Shown: positions 32,189-42,297, counted from the stretch's first letter. The stretch is 64,000 nucleotides of DNA from Candidatus Eiseniibacteriota bacterium (GCA_963744995.1 CAVUWA010000010.1:320001-384000), one strand, 5' to 3'. Numbers and translations are program-made. The notes: a model not told the origin generated them from the letters alone.

Positions 32189-33618
32189 TGGAGGAGCGGC
32201 AGCACGAGGGCCAGCAGGCTCAGGCCGATCAGGAACAGCAGGTACTCCTGCGCATCCCCGGTATGGAGATCGTGGAGCGGCGAGAACAGCGTGACGCCGG
32301 CGCGCTGCAGCCAGCCCACTGCGCCGCGCTCGAGCCCGGTGAACCAGCGGAACAGCAGGCGCGCGCCGCCGCGCAGGCGCTCGGACACCGCCTCGAGCGC
32401 GGCGAGCCGGGCGCCCGCCGCGACACGCTCGGGCGACTGCGCCGGATCCACCATGACCCCCGGCGCGCCGGCGGTGATCCCGGCGTGCTGGCGGCGCCAG
32501 CGCAGCACGACCAGCGCCGCAGCGCCGGTGGCCACCGAAGGCAGCAGCGCGAGCAGCGCCGGCGCCGGCGCCGCGCGGAATCCCAGCCACGAGGCCGTCA
32601 GCAGCGCGGAGGGACCGATCAGCGTGGTGAGGACGGCCATCACGTGGCCAAGCGTCACCGGCGGGCCCGGCCGCACCAGCAGTCTGCGCTCGGGCGCCTC
32701 CTCGAGCCGGCTCACGATCACCCACGCGGTGATCACGACCGGAAACGCCGCGGCGAGGGTGAGCCACGGCGGCGCATGCAGGTCGCCGGCGAGCCCGATC
32801 AGGATCGGCCACGACAGCGACGTCGATGACACCCAGCCCGCCGTGCGCCAGAGCGTGCTGATGAACGGTCCGCGCCGCGGCGCAGCGCTGCGCAGCTCGC
32901 TGGCGAGCAGGAACGTGCGCCCGCCGCAGGCGCCGAGCCACAGGAGCATCGCCACCTCGGGCGCCACTACGCGCGCCGCGACGAGCAGCGCGGCGAGCGC
33001 GCTGTCCGAGATCAGCAGCCAGCGCAGGCTCACCAGCCACTGCAGCCGTCCGAACGCGCGCAGCGCGGCGAGGATCGCGGTGGTCAGCAGCAGCACCGAC
33101 GTCAGCTCGCGGACCCGCGCCACACCGAGCCACACCGCCGGATGCCGCCACAGCAGGACGAAGCCGGCAGCCGGCAGGATCGCCGGGAGCCACGGCCGGA
33201 TCGCCAGCAGCGGGCCCGGCAGATCCGAGTAGGGCCGCGCGAGCGGCAGCGCGGCGAGCAGTTCGAGCCCGGCCCACGCCACCGCGCCCGCCTGCAGCCA
33301 GCGCAGCAGCTCGACCGCGCTGCCGCGACCGCTGCCGAAGCCGAGCAGCTCGGGCAGCAGGATCTCGATCGCCGCGGCCAGCCACAGCGCCTGCGCGGGG
33401 CGGCGCAGCCACGCCCAGCGCGTGACCTGCTCGCGCGCATTCTCGGTCGCGCGCGCCCACACCCAGAACGCGGCCGCCAGCATCTCGGCGCCGAGCGCGG
33501 CGATGATCAGCGACGGGACCCAGAGCAGCACGAGTCCCACGGCGCACAGGACGCCGCCCACGACGCGCGCGTTCGGGCGCGCGCGGGTCAGGAAGTCAGT
33601 CGCGGAGATCGTGTGCAT
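32185..33618 (-). CDS. Polytopic membrane protein, divergent HyfB/NuoL-like
   Basis: Many TM segments; C-terminal amphipathic helix plus LHTGDAQEYLLFL and a final TM, resembling the NuoL/HyfB tail. Confidence 0.55.
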   Translation of the reverse strand: MHTISATDFLTRARPNARVVGGVLCAVGLVLLWVPSLIIAALGAEMLAAAFWVWARATENAREQVTRWAWLRRPAQALWLAAAIEILLPELLGFGSGRGSAVELLRWLQAGAVAWAGLELLAALPLARPYSDLPGPLLAIRPWLPAILPAAGFVLLWRHPAVWLGVARVRELTSVLLLTTAILAALRAFGRLQWLVSLRWLLISDSALAALLVAARVVAPEVAMLLWLGACGGRTFLLASELRSAAPRRGPFISTLWRTAGWVSSTSLSWPILIGLAGDLHAPPWLTLAAAFPVVITAWVIVSRLEEAPERRLLVRPGPPVTLGHVMAVLTTLIGPSALLTASWLGFRAAPAPALLALLPSVATGAAALVVLRWRRQHAGITAGAPGVMVDPAQSPERVAAGARLAALEAVSERLRGGARLLFRWFTGLERGAVGWLQRAGVTLFSPLHDLHTGDAQEYLLFLIGLSLLALVLPLLQ

Positions 33619-34309
33619 CGCTGATCCATGCGCTGCCGACGACGTTCGCCCGCCCGCGCGCCACGCGCACCAGCAGCGCGATCGAAATGCCCGTCGCCAC
33701 CACGACCCAGCCACGCCCCGTGAGCGCGTCCGGCAGTTCGGCGCCGCGCGCCGCGCCGTGCAGCATCTGCAGCCCGAGCCCCATCGCGGCGAAGCCGATC
33801 AGCGCGCGCTGGGCATGGCGGCGCACCATGAGGTGCAGGAGGCCGATGCCGAGGACCAGCAGCCCCCACGAAGCGCGGCGCCCGTCCTCGGGAGCGAGAT
33901 CCTGCCGCGCCACGCCGGCGATCAGCAGGGCCAGCAATGCGACCCCGACCCCGAAGCCCACGAGCCCCGGCTCGGCGCCGCCCGAAGGCCGCGGCGCGGA
34001 CTCACGCCCGGCCGCCCGCGCGCCGGCCTGCCAGGCCACGAACAACCACAGCAGCGTCCACGCGAGGACCAGCGACGGTGGTCCGAGCTCGGGAATGAAC
34101 GGCATCGCCATCGCGACGAGCGCGGTCGCGGGTCGCGCCACGAAGCGGCCCGGCACGAACAGCGTGAGCATGAGCAGCGCCACGGGCGCGAGCAGGCGCG
34201 CGGCATCCAGCGCCTGCAGTTCCGTCCACGTATCGGTGAAATGCACGCTCTGGCGGGCCCCCTGAAGGGATCGGACGACGAAGCTGCGACGCCGCGACCG
34301 CGGCGTCAC
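33596..34309 (-). CDS. Membrane protein, divergent HyfE/NuoK-like
   Basis: GIGLLHLMVRRHAQRALIGF and tail GSAWISDAHDLRD resemble HyfE/NuoK. Start may be GTG 34246. Confidence 0.55.
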   Translation of the reverse strand: MTPRSRRRSFVVRSLQGARQSVHFTDTWTELQALDAARLLAPVALLMLTLFVPGRFVARPATALVAMAMPFIPELGPPSLVLAWTLLWLFVAWQAGARAAGRESAPRPSGGAEPGLVGFGVGVALLALLIAGVARQDLAPEDGRRASWGLLVLGIGLLHLMVRRHAQRALIGFAAMGLGLQMLHGAARGAELPDALTGRGWVVVATGISIALLVRVARGRANVVGSAWISDAHDLRD

Positions 34310-34324
34310 GGACTTCCGCGGGTC

Positions 34325-34792
34325 TCAGGGAATGAGCGCGGCTTCCGCGGCCTGGATGACCGACAGGAAGGCCTCGGGGCTTTCGGCCGCGAGCAGGTCG
34401 CGCCGCACCGACTCCTCCTTGAGCAGCCGCGAGATGTTGGCGAGCACCCGGACGTGCTCGTTGGCGCGATGATCCGGCGAGACGAACAGCACGAACAGGT
34501 ACGTCGGTTCACCGTCGTCGGAACCGAAGTCCATGCCCTGCGGGCAGACCGCACACACGGCGGCCATGCGGTCCACCGCCTGGGCCTTGCCGTGCGGGAT
34601 CGCGACGCCGAAGCCGATCGCGGTGGACATCATGTCCTCGCGCCGGCGGACGCGTTCGAGAATCTCGCCGCCGCTGTCGAAGCCATGGGCCTGCTCGAGC
34701 AGCTCGACCAGCACGGCCAGCACCTCGGGCTTCGGGCCGGGTTCGAGCGACAGCAGAACGGCGGACGGATTGAGCAATTCGGAAAGGCGCAT
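34325..34792 (-). CDS. PTS EIIA domain protein (Fru/Ntr type)
   Basis: REDMMSTAIGFGVAIPHG with intact phospho-His; HVRVLANISRLL. Confidence 0.92.
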   Translation of the reverse strand: MRLSELLNPSAVLLSLEPGPKPEVLAVLVELLEQAHGFDSGGEILERVRRREDMMSTAIGFGVAIPHGKAQAVDRMAAVCAVCPQGMDFGSDDGEPTYLFVLFVSPDHRANEHVRVLANISRLLKEESVRRDLLAAESPEAFLSVIQAAEAALIP

Positions 34793-34978
34793 GCGAGGTG
34801 GGCTCCAGTGCAGCAATTCTAGTCGTGGCAACGAGTTGTAGCCTATGGACGGGGCCGTTGGGTGTCAAGCCATTTCACCGGGCCCCGTCACCCTGCCGGT
34901 GCCTGCCGCGTATCGGGTGGACATCGCCCGCGGCGCTCTCCACAATCGGCGCCGACCGAGGCCGAGAGGAGTCCCGCC

Positions 34979-35611
34979 GTGATCCGTTCCTTCGCGCTCA
35001 GCGTGGCCGCGCTGCTCGTGACCGCCAGCCTGGCGTTCGCCGAACCGAATCTGATCCTCACCTACCCGGACGGGGTCCCGCGCGTCCAGATCGCGGGGGA
35101 CTACGCGCACACCACGTACACGGTCATGCGCGCCACCGGCGACCAGGGGGCCTGGGCCGCGATCTCGCAGTACGACATCCTCTGCCTCGGCACCTGTTTT
35201 GCCGACGACGTCACCGCGCTGCCCGGGGTGGCCTATCGCTACCGCTTCGACCTCGTGCTGCCGGACGGCGCGCTGGTTTCCTACGGCCCCTACCGCGTCA
35301 CGTACTCGGCGTCGGTGCTGCAACTGGCCCGGGCGCGCGTCTACCCGAATCCCGCCACCGGGCCCGCGACGGTCGAACTCAGGCTCGCCGGCGCCGCGGC
35401 ACAGCCCGGGGTCCAGGTCGATGCGGCACTGTTCGACGCGCAGGGCCGCCGGGTCCGCGCGCTGTATCGCGGCACCCTGCCGCGCGGCATCACCTCGCTC
35501 GCATGGGACGGCAAGGATGACAGCGGCCGTTCGCTCGGCGCCGGCGTCTACTTCCTGCGTTTCTCGACGCCGCTCGGCCGCAGCGTGACACGGGTGCTGC
35601 GCACGCAGTAG
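34979..35611 (+). CDS. Secreted protein with C-terminal FlgD-Ig/sorting-like domain
   Basis: GTG start and signal peptide; YPNP...FDAQGRRVR...WDGKDDSGRSLGAGVYFLR. Confidence 0.82.
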   Translation: MIRSFALSVAALLVTASLAFAEPNLILTYPDGVPRVQIAGDYAHTTYTVMRATGDQGAWAAISQYDILCLGTCFADDVTALPGVAYRYRFDLVLPDGALVSYGPYRVTYSASVLQLARARVYPNPATGPATVELRLAGAAAQPGVQVDAALFDAQGRRVRALYRGTLPRGITSLAWDGKDDSGRSLGAGVYFLRFSTPLGRSVTRVLRTQ

Positions 35612-35845
35612 ATCTGCGCGAAATCACCCACGCGCGCCTGGAGCGGTACGGCGCGCGACGTTCCCGCTCGAGCGCCTGCCGCAGCGCCCCCCGGCGACGC
35701 GGCTCCGCCCGGCCCCTGTGCTAGACTTTTTTGCGTCCTGACGCCGGGATTTCACTTCCCCCAGCGCATCGCATCTTCGACTCCGGGATCCCCATCGCTT
35801 GAAGGACACGAGCCGGGCGCGCCCGTCCATCGATCGGCGGCGGCC

Positions 35846-37153
35846 ATGAAGCAGAAGAGCATCGACTTTCGCGAACTGCTCGAGCGCATCCTGCCGCTCG
35901 ACGAGCTGATGCCCGCCGACCGCGCCGACGTCCGCCGCGCGCTCGAAAGCGGGGTCACGGCCGAGCTCGAGTCCGCCGCCATGTTCGCCCTCTCCCGGCT
36001 CGAGCAGCGCGGCGCCCTGCGCCGGATCGCCGCGACGGGAGATGCACCCGCCCTGCGCTACGAGCGCGTCGGCGCGCTCGGCATGATCACGGTCCCGCTG
36101 CCGCCGGGGCCCGTCGATGGCGTCGTGCGCCACCATCGGGCGGCGCTGCCGGCCCAGGCGCGGGCGACGCTCGACCAGGTGCGGCGGCTGCTCGACATGG
36201 ACGATCAGCTGCTGTTCTCCGATCCGCGCCGCGGCGACGTGCGCCGCGCGCTGGCGACGTGGCTCACGCAGGCGGGGCGCGAGTTCCTGCGCGGCAGCCG
36301 GGTGTCGTTCGTCGGAGAGGGCGAACCCGATGCGACGCGGCGCTTCGACGCCGCGCTGTTCGAGCGCGCCGCCGGCGATCCGGACGCGATCCTCTACTGC
36401 GCCGACACCGCACGGGTGCCTTCGCTCGCCGCGGCCGGGCGTGCGCGCGGCGTCGGCTCGATCGCGATCGCGGCGGTCAAGCACCCGGGGGAGCCCTGTT
36501 TCGGCTGCATCGAGGCCACGCGGGCGGACCGCGACGGGTTCAGCACCGAGGATCTCGCCTTCATCGCCCTGCTCGCCGACTACTCGAGCGGCGTGCTGGA
36601 GCGTGCCGACCGGATCGAGAAGCTGATGTTCATGGATCCGATGACCTCGGTCTACAACCGCTCCTACTTCGAGCTGCAGCTGCAGAACGAAATGGCGCGC
36701 GCGCGCCGCGAGGCCTCGTCGCTCGCGCTCGCCATCGTCGACATCGACAACTTCAAGTCGTTCAACACCGCGTACGGCTACGAGGCGGGCAACGAGGTGC
36801 TGACCGGCGTCGCGCGTGCGCTGCGCACGGGGGTGCGTCCGTTCGACACGGTGTCGCGCTGGGGCGGCGAGGAATTCGGCGTGCTGCTGACCGCGCCGGT
36901 GCACGCCGAAGACGCGCGCGCGATCTGCGAGCGCCTGCGCGCCATGGTCGGGCGCCTGGACCTGAGCGTCACCGGTCTCGACCGGGTGCGGCACGCCGTC
37001 CAGGTGACCGTCAGCATGGGCGTCGCGATGTTCCCGGGCGACGGCGACTCGCCGGAGGACCTGTGGCGCTCGGCGAATCAGGCGCTGCTGGTGGCGAAAC
37101 AGCCGCCCAAGAACCAGGTCGTGTTCTTCGGCGCGATCCCCGGCCGCAGCTGA
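35846..37153 (+). CDS. GAF-GGDEF diguanylate cyclase
   Basis: DPMTSVYNRSY, DIDNFKSFN, RxxD I-site (RPFD), active site RWGGEEF. Confidence 0.92.
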   Translation: MKQKSIDFRELLERILPLDELMPADRADVRRALESGVTAELESAAMFALSRLEQRGALRRIAATGDAPALRYERVGALGMITVPLPPGPVDGVVRHHRAALPAQARATLDQVRRLLDMDDQLLFSDPRRGDVRRALATWLTQAGREFLRGSRVSFVGEGEPDATRRFDAALFERAAGDPDAILYCADTARVPSLAAAGRARGVGSIAIAAVKHPGEPCFGCIEATRADRDGFSTEDLAFIALLADYSSGVLERADRIEKLMFMDPMTSVYNRSYFELQLQNEMARARREASSLALAIVDIDNFKSFNTAYGYEAGNEVLTGVARALRTGVRPFDTVSRWGGEEFGVLLTAPVHAEDARAICERLRAMVGRLDLSVTGLDRVRHAVQVTVSMGVAMFPGDGDSPEDLWRSANQALLVAKQPPKNQVVFFGAIPGRS

Positions 37154-37174
37154 CGCGGCACGGGCCGCGCCGGC

Positions 37175-38431
37175 TCAGGCGGCGGGCTCGGCCCCCGGGA
37201 AACGCATGCGCTTCTCGGTTCCGGTCGCCAGCACCCCCGCGGCGAGGATCAGCGCCAGCGGCCGCACCGGCTCGAAATAGCGCGAACGCGCATACACCAG
37301 CGAGCCGACGGCGGCGTTGATCGCGAGCGCGATGAGGAAGATCCGCGCCATGCGCCGCGTCGGACCGCGTTCGGGCCCGCCGCGGAACCCGGCCATGACG
37401 GCGAGCGTGTAGACGCCGATCAGCGCGGCGAAGAACCCGATTCGGAGCCATGGGCGGTCGGTGGTCTCGAGTGGCAGGAAGACCAGCCGCCAGAACCGCT
37501 TCGCGCCGATCACCACGCTGCCGATCGGATCCCTGCGCCAGTTCTGCAGGCCCGCGCGCAGCAGCGCGCGGTCCGTCTCGAGCGGATCGAGCGGGTGACC
37601 GAGCCGTGCGGCCTCGCGATCCAGCACGCGAGCGCGCAGCACGGTCCACTTCACCGGATCCCAGCGCCCGTCGGTGTCCGGCGTAGTGCCCATGTAGAAG
37701 TGCTCGCCGCCGCCGGTCGAGACCGGCACGAAGCCGTGGAAGACGATCGCGTTGCGGATCGTCCACGGCGCGAGCGCGAGCACCAGACCGAGCGCCGTGG
37801 CCCACAGGTGCCAGCGGCCGCGCCGTGCCGCGACCGGTTCGATGAGGAACCAGCCGATCAGCAGCCCGCCCGCCGGCACCAGCCCCGTGGGCCGTACCAG
37901 CGAGGCCAGCCCCGCCACGACCCCGAACGCGAATGCGATGCCGGGTCGCGGGCGTTTCGTGAATGCCACGAACACCGCGATGCTCGCGGTGACCATCAGG
38001 GTGTAGAGCGGCTCGGTCTGCATGAAGCGGCTCTCGTTGAAGAACGGCGGCCAGAACAGCAGCGTCACGAAAGCGGCCAGCGTCGCAAACGAGGTGCCGA
38101 AGATCTGCCACGCAACCCAGGCGCCGAGCAGCGCCGTGCCCGTGTCACACAGCCCCTGGAACGTACTCACGGCGCGGCGGCTGTGGCCGGCCACCTGGTA
38201 GATCCCGGCGAGCGCCATCGGCCAGCCCGGCGGTTTCCACACCCACGGCGCGTCCTTGTACGAGTAGCCCTCGCCGTCGAGGAGGTTGCGGGCGATGCTG
38301 TCGTAGATCGGCTCGTCCCCCGACAGCGGCTCTGCGGGGGTGATCACCGTGAGCAACGCCGCGAGCCGGATGATCGCGAGCAGCCCGATCACGACCCAGA
38401 GCGCGGGCGCGAGGCGCGGGCGGCCGCTCAT
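37175..38431 (-). CDS. ArnT/PMT-like (GT-C) membrane glycosyltransferase
   Basis: GDEPIYDSIARNL, KPPGWP, TEPLY, LVRP, PWTIRN, RYFEP. Confidence 0.85.
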   Translation of the reverse strand: MSGRPRLAPALWVVIGLLAIIRLAALLTVITPAEPLSGDEPIYDSIARNLLDGEGYSYKDAPWVWKPPGWPMALAGIYQVAGHSRRAVSTFQGLCDTGTALLGAWVAWQIFGTSFATLAAFVTLLFWPPFFNESRFMQTEPLYTLMVTASIAVFVAFTKRPRPGIAFAFGVVAGLASLVRPTGLVPAGGLLIGWFLIEPVAARRGRWHLWATALGLVLALAPWTIRNAIVFHGFVPVSTGGGEHFYMGTTPDTDGRWDPVKWTVLRARVLDREAARLGHPLDPLETDRALLRAGLQNWRRDPIGSVVIGAKRFWRLVFLPLETTDRPWLRIGFFAALIGVYTLAVMAGFRGGPERGPTRRMARIFLIALAINAAVGSLVYARSRYFEPVRPLALILAAGVLATGTEKRMRFPGAEPAA

Positions 38432-38715
38432 CCCGGGAACGCGGGCGCCGCGGCGCGCCGAACGGCGCGGGCGGAGCACGGCGGGACGGGCCCGCACGGG
38501 GAGAACGAGGGGGGCGCGATCACGGCGCTGGATTCTGGACTCGGTGAGGCATTCCGTCCAGTGGCTGCTGGATGCGGGACGCGGCGGCTCGCCCGCACCC
38601 GGCGTCCGGCGCCGCAGCGGCCGCTCCGGCGGGGCACGGGTCCGCGGCGCGACCAATCGTGTAGATTGGGACGAGGCTTCGCGATCCGCCGCACATCCTC
38701 GACCCGGAAGACTCC

Positions 38716-40074
38716 ATGCGCGCGTTCATCCATCGCATCGCATACTACGCCGCCCAGCGCTGGCGGGGCGAACCCGTGGACCGGGTGCTGCGCGAGCTCG
38801 AGCGCTCGGCCACCTGGCCGGCCGAGCGCCTGCGCGAGCTGCAATGGCGGCGCATGCAGCGCCTGCTGCGGCACGCGTGCGACACCGTGCCGTTCTACCG
38901 CGAGCGCTTCGGACGCGCCGGAATCGCGCCTGAGGCGATCCGCAGCCGTTCGGACTGGGCGCAGCTTCCGGTGCTCAAGAAGCACGACCTCCAGGAACAT
39001 GCCGCGGCCCTGCACGCCTCGCGCGCTCCGCGGGGGCTGGTCGCCATGACGTCCGGTTCGTCGGGCACGCCCGTGGCCGTGGATCGCAGCCATCTCTCGT
39101 GGGCGCACGCGCACGCGAACGTGTTCCGCGCGTGGCGCTGGTGGGGTGTCGAGTGCGGCGAGCGGCACGTCTACTTCTGGGGCGTGCCGCTGGATCCGGG
39201 CGCCCGGCGCACCGCCGCGCGCAAGGACGCGTTCTTCAATCGCGTGCGCTGTTCGGCGTTCACGCTCGACGCGCCCCGGGCGCGCGCGTTGCACGCGCGG
39301 CTCTCCCGGGATCGTACGCGCTTCGCGCTGGGCTACGCCTCGGCGCTCACGCAATTCGCCGACGAGGTCCGGATCCAGGGCCTCGACGGCCGCGCGCTCG
39401 GCTGGAAGGCGGTGTTCTCGACGGCGGAGGTCCTGCGCGAGACCCAGCGCGAACGGATCACCGAGGTGTTCGGCTGTCCCGTGGTCGACGGCTACGGGTG
39501 TGCCGAAATCGGCGTCGCCGGCTACGAGCATCCGGAGGGCGGCCTGCGTGTCCCGGTGGAGTCCGTGGTCGTGGACTACGAGCGCACGGACGAGGGCACG
39601 TGGGCCGTGCTGCTCACCGACCTGCACAACGACCGGATGCCGGTGATCCGCTACCGCGTCGGCGACCTGGTCGAGCCGCCCGGCGATCCGGAGGCCGCCG
39701 GCTTCTGGCCGCGGCCCGCCGGTTCGAAGTGTGCGCTGCCGGTGCTCGGATCGCTGCAGGGCCGCGCCGGCGACACGCTCGAGCTGCCTGACGGGCGCCG
39801 CCTCAACGCGAACCAGCCCTCGTACATCTTCAAGTCCCACGGTCGCGAGGGCCGGGTGCGCGAGTACCAGTTCGTGCAGTTCCCGGAGGGACGCATCGAG
39901 CTGCGCATCGTGCCCGGGCCCGCGTGGGACGCCTCGTGGGGCCCGCGGCTGCGCGCGGAGGTCCAACAGGTGCTCGGCGCCGTCGTTGAGCTGCGCGAGA
40001 TGCCGCGCCTGGAGCGTCGCGGGCGCGGCAAACACCGCGACTTCGTGCGCGCGGAGGACCTCGGCGAAGCCTGA
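38716..40074 (+). CDS. CapK/phenylacetate--CoA ligase-like adenylate-forming enzyme
   Basis: VPFYR, TSGSSGTP, YGCAEIG, MPVIRYRVGD, GKHR. Confidence 0.88.
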   Translation: MRAFIHRIAYYAAQRWRGEPVDRVLRELERSATWPAERLRELQWRRMQRLLRHACDTVPFYRERFGRAGIAPEAIRSRSDWAQLPVLKKHDLQEHAAALHASRAPRGLVAMTSGSSGTPVAVDRSHLSWAHAHANVFRAWRWWGVECGERHVYFWGVPLDPGARRTAARKDAFFNRVRCSAFTLDAPRARALHARLSRDRTRFALGYASALTQFADEVRIQGLDGRALGWKAVFSTAEVLRETQRERITEVFGCPVVDGYGCAEIGVAGYEHPEGGLRVPVESVVVDYERTDEGTWAVLLTDLHNDRMPVIRYRVGDLVEPPGDPEAAGFWPRPAGSKCALPVLGSLQGRAGDTLELPDGRRLNANQPSYIFKSHGREGRVREYQFVQFPEGRIELRIVPGPAWDASWGPRLRAEVQQVLGAVVELREMPRLERRGRGKHRDFVRAEDLGEA

Positions 40075-40095
40075 CGCGACAGCGGCCGCCGCCCG

Positions 40096-42021
40096 CTACG
40101 GACTCGCGGAGAGGTCCTGGATCGCCGAGGGCGGGACCGTGTCGGCCAGCGTCGCTCCCGAGGCGGAGGGGCTGATGTCCGACCAGTTGCCGCCATCGTC
40201 GCGCGTACGGATCGCGAAATAGTACGTCGTGGCCTCGGCCAGCCCGGCCACGCTGTACGTCTGCGGCGTGCCCGGCGTGGCCGGTACGGGCTGCGGCTGG
40301 ACCGGTGTGGCGCTGCCGAAGTTCGAAGTCGTGATGGGCGCGGTGGACCAGCGCAGGTCGTACAGCGACGCGATCCCGAGGACCCCGTCGTCGCCAGGCG
40401 CCGTCCACTCTACCGTGATGCTGTTCGGCGTGGACTGGCCGGTGCGGAGATCGTTCACGGTGGCCGGTGGCGTGACGTCGGAGCCGGTGCCTACGGGATA
40501 GGCCCCGGCAAAGCCGTCGACGAAGCTCGTGCTCACCGCGGCGCCGCCGCTCGCGACCCGTCCGTCGAACGTGGCGTACGTCGAGTCGACGAACTGCGGG
40601 GATCCCCAGACCGCCATGCCCGGCGTCCCGTAGTTGCCGCCGCCGCCGGGAGCGCCGGCGCTGCCCGCGTAGGAGATCGCACGCCCCGCGCTGCCGGCGG
40701 GCGAGAAGAACACGCCGGCCGAATCGACCCGCATCCCCGCGGGCAGGCGCACGTTCTCGGCGCCCGGCCCGTTCGCGGCACGGCAATAGAAGATGTCCGA
40801 CGAAAGCCGCGGGCTGTTCACGGCGCTGGCCGACGCGCAATCGATCGCGGTGGGCCCCGCGGTCACGTAGGTGTTGTGGCGCGACACGAGCCCGTTGACC
40901 TGCGTGCCGTTCGCCACGAGCAGGCAGGGCCGGGTGCTGCTGGTGATGAACGTGTTGTACTCGACGGTGTCCTGGCGGCAGCCGTCGTAGTACCAGAAGA
41001 TGCCGGTTCCGGACTGCGGCGAGCGCACGTCGATGTAGTTGTTGCCGTAGTAGTTGTGTCCGGTCGTCGCCGGGAAGCTGCCGCCGTTCGAGAGCATGAA
41101 GGAAAGGTCCGCCCCGGAACCGGTGATCGCCACGCGGTTGTTCACGTAGCGGTTGTAGCTGGACGAGTCCCGGTGGCACCACATGCCGTGCGAACCGCCG
41201 ATCGGACCGTTCATCGCGAAATTCCAGGTGTTGCCCTCGATCCGGTTCGAGTAGCCCTCGTACTGCTCGACACCGAAGAAGTAGCCGCCGCAGTTCTGCA
41301 TGTCGACGTTGAAGGTATTGCCGGCGATGGTGTTGTAGCCGGCGGCGGAGATCAGCACCACGTGGAAGTCGCCGGGCGTGTTCAGCGTCAGGTTCACGGT
41401 CGAGTTCGTGAACCTGTTGTTCAGCGAGCCGACCGACCACTGCCCGACCGATCCGTTGTTGTGATTGCGTTCGCCGGCGATGCTGATGAAGTGGTTCTGC
41501 CCCCCCGCGGTCACGGTGCCGCTGATCAGCAGACTGTCCAGCACCGAGCGCTTCGAACTCAGGTGGAACGACCCGTTCTGACCATAGATCCGGCAGGCGA
41601 CCAGCGAGTCGTCCGTGGCCTGCAGCGCGGCGGCCTCGAACAGACCGGTCGCGCCGCCCAGGCACGTCACCCAGCGCACGGTCGTGAAATCGCCGTACTG
41701 GTAGCCCAGGCGGATGTTCGAGACCACGACCGCACCGGGATCGTTGGGAAAGCCGTAGTAGCGAATCCGCGCGGAGCTGGTGCCGTCCTTCGCCGGGTTG
41801 ATCGGATCGGCGTACGTGCCGCTCTTGAAGCGGCAGACATCGCCGGGAGCCGCGTTCGCGTTGAACCAGGCGAGCGTGGTCGGCGTCGAGATCGAGTCGG
41901 TGCCGGCCGCGCCTCCGACACCCGAGGGCGAAACCCAGTAGGTTCTAGCGCTCGCGGCGGGGGCGAGGATCAGCGTGGTCGCCAGACAGGACAGGAGAGC
42001 GCTCACTCGGATTCGCGACAT
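40096..42021 (-). CDS. Secreted right-handed beta-helix protein with C-terminal fibronectin type III domain
   Basis: Signal peptide; YWVSP...PGDVCRFKSGTY; Asn-ladder repeats; FN3 WTAPGDDG...TTYYFAIR. Confidence 0.75.
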   Translation of the reverse strand: MSRIRVSALLSCLATTLILAPAASARTYWVSPSGVGGAAGTDSISTPTTLAWFNANAAPGDVCRFKSGTYADPINPAKDGTSSARIRYYGFPNDPGAVVVSNIRLGYQYGDFTTVRWVTCLGGATGLFEAAALQATDDSLVACRIYGQNGSFHLSSKRSVLDSLLISGTVTAGGQNHFISIAGERNHNNGSVGQWSVGSLNNRFTNSTVNLTLNTPGDFHVVLISAAGYNTIAGNTFNVDMQNCGGYFFGVEQYEGYSNRIEGNTWNFAMNGPIGGSHGMWCHRDSSSYNRYVNNRVAITGSGADLSFMLSNGGSFPATTGHNYYGNNYIDVRSPQSGTGIFWYYDGCRQDTVEYNTFITSSTRPCLLVANGTQVNGLVSRHNTYVTAGPTAIDCASASAVNSPRLSSDIFYCRAANGPGAENVRLPAGMRVDSAGVFFSPAGSAGRAISYAGSAGAPGGGGNYGTPGMAVWGSPQFVDSTYATFDGRVASGGAAVSTSFVDGFAGAYPVGTGSDVTPPATVNDLRTGQSTPNSITVEWTAPGDDGVLGIASLYDLRWSTAPITTSNFGSATPVQPQPVPATPGTPQTYSVAGLAEATTYYFAIRTRDDGGNWSDISPSASGATLADTVPPSAIQDLSASP

Positions 42022-42080
42022 CAGCGGTGGTATCCCCAGTAGGTGACGGGTCCGCGCGGTGGATGAGCCCGCGTTTCCTC

Positions 42081-42097
42081 AGCAGATTATGTGCCAG
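42081..42097 (-). promoter_or_regulatory. Sigma54 promoter of the beta-helix/FN3 gene
   Basis: Minus strand CTGGCACATAATCTGCT (TGGCAC, GG-N10-GC). Confidence 0.65.
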
Positions 42098-42297
42098 ACA
42101 CCGCCCACCCTCGCCGACGCGAGCGGCCCCATGCGCTGCAAGCGGATGGGAGCCTGGCCCGGAGAGATCGCCGACCTCTCCCGGTGGGGCCGGTCATAAT
42201 CCAATGCGGTCCGCGGCAGTCTGCAACAATTGCGAACGGTGCGCCAGCTCAACCTGCGTCGCGGTCCGCCCGCTCAGCGGCGCTCCGAATCGCGTTC

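Noticed and set aside
30965..33547. 860-aa NuoN-like fusion
   Set aside because: The upstream portion is an Arg/Ala-rich alternate frame of the neighbouring gene; the real start is GTG 32188.
42100..42297. Riboswitch upstream of the beta-helix gene
   Set aside because: Only short GC hairpins, upstream of the sigma54 promoter; no recognisable aptamer consensus.
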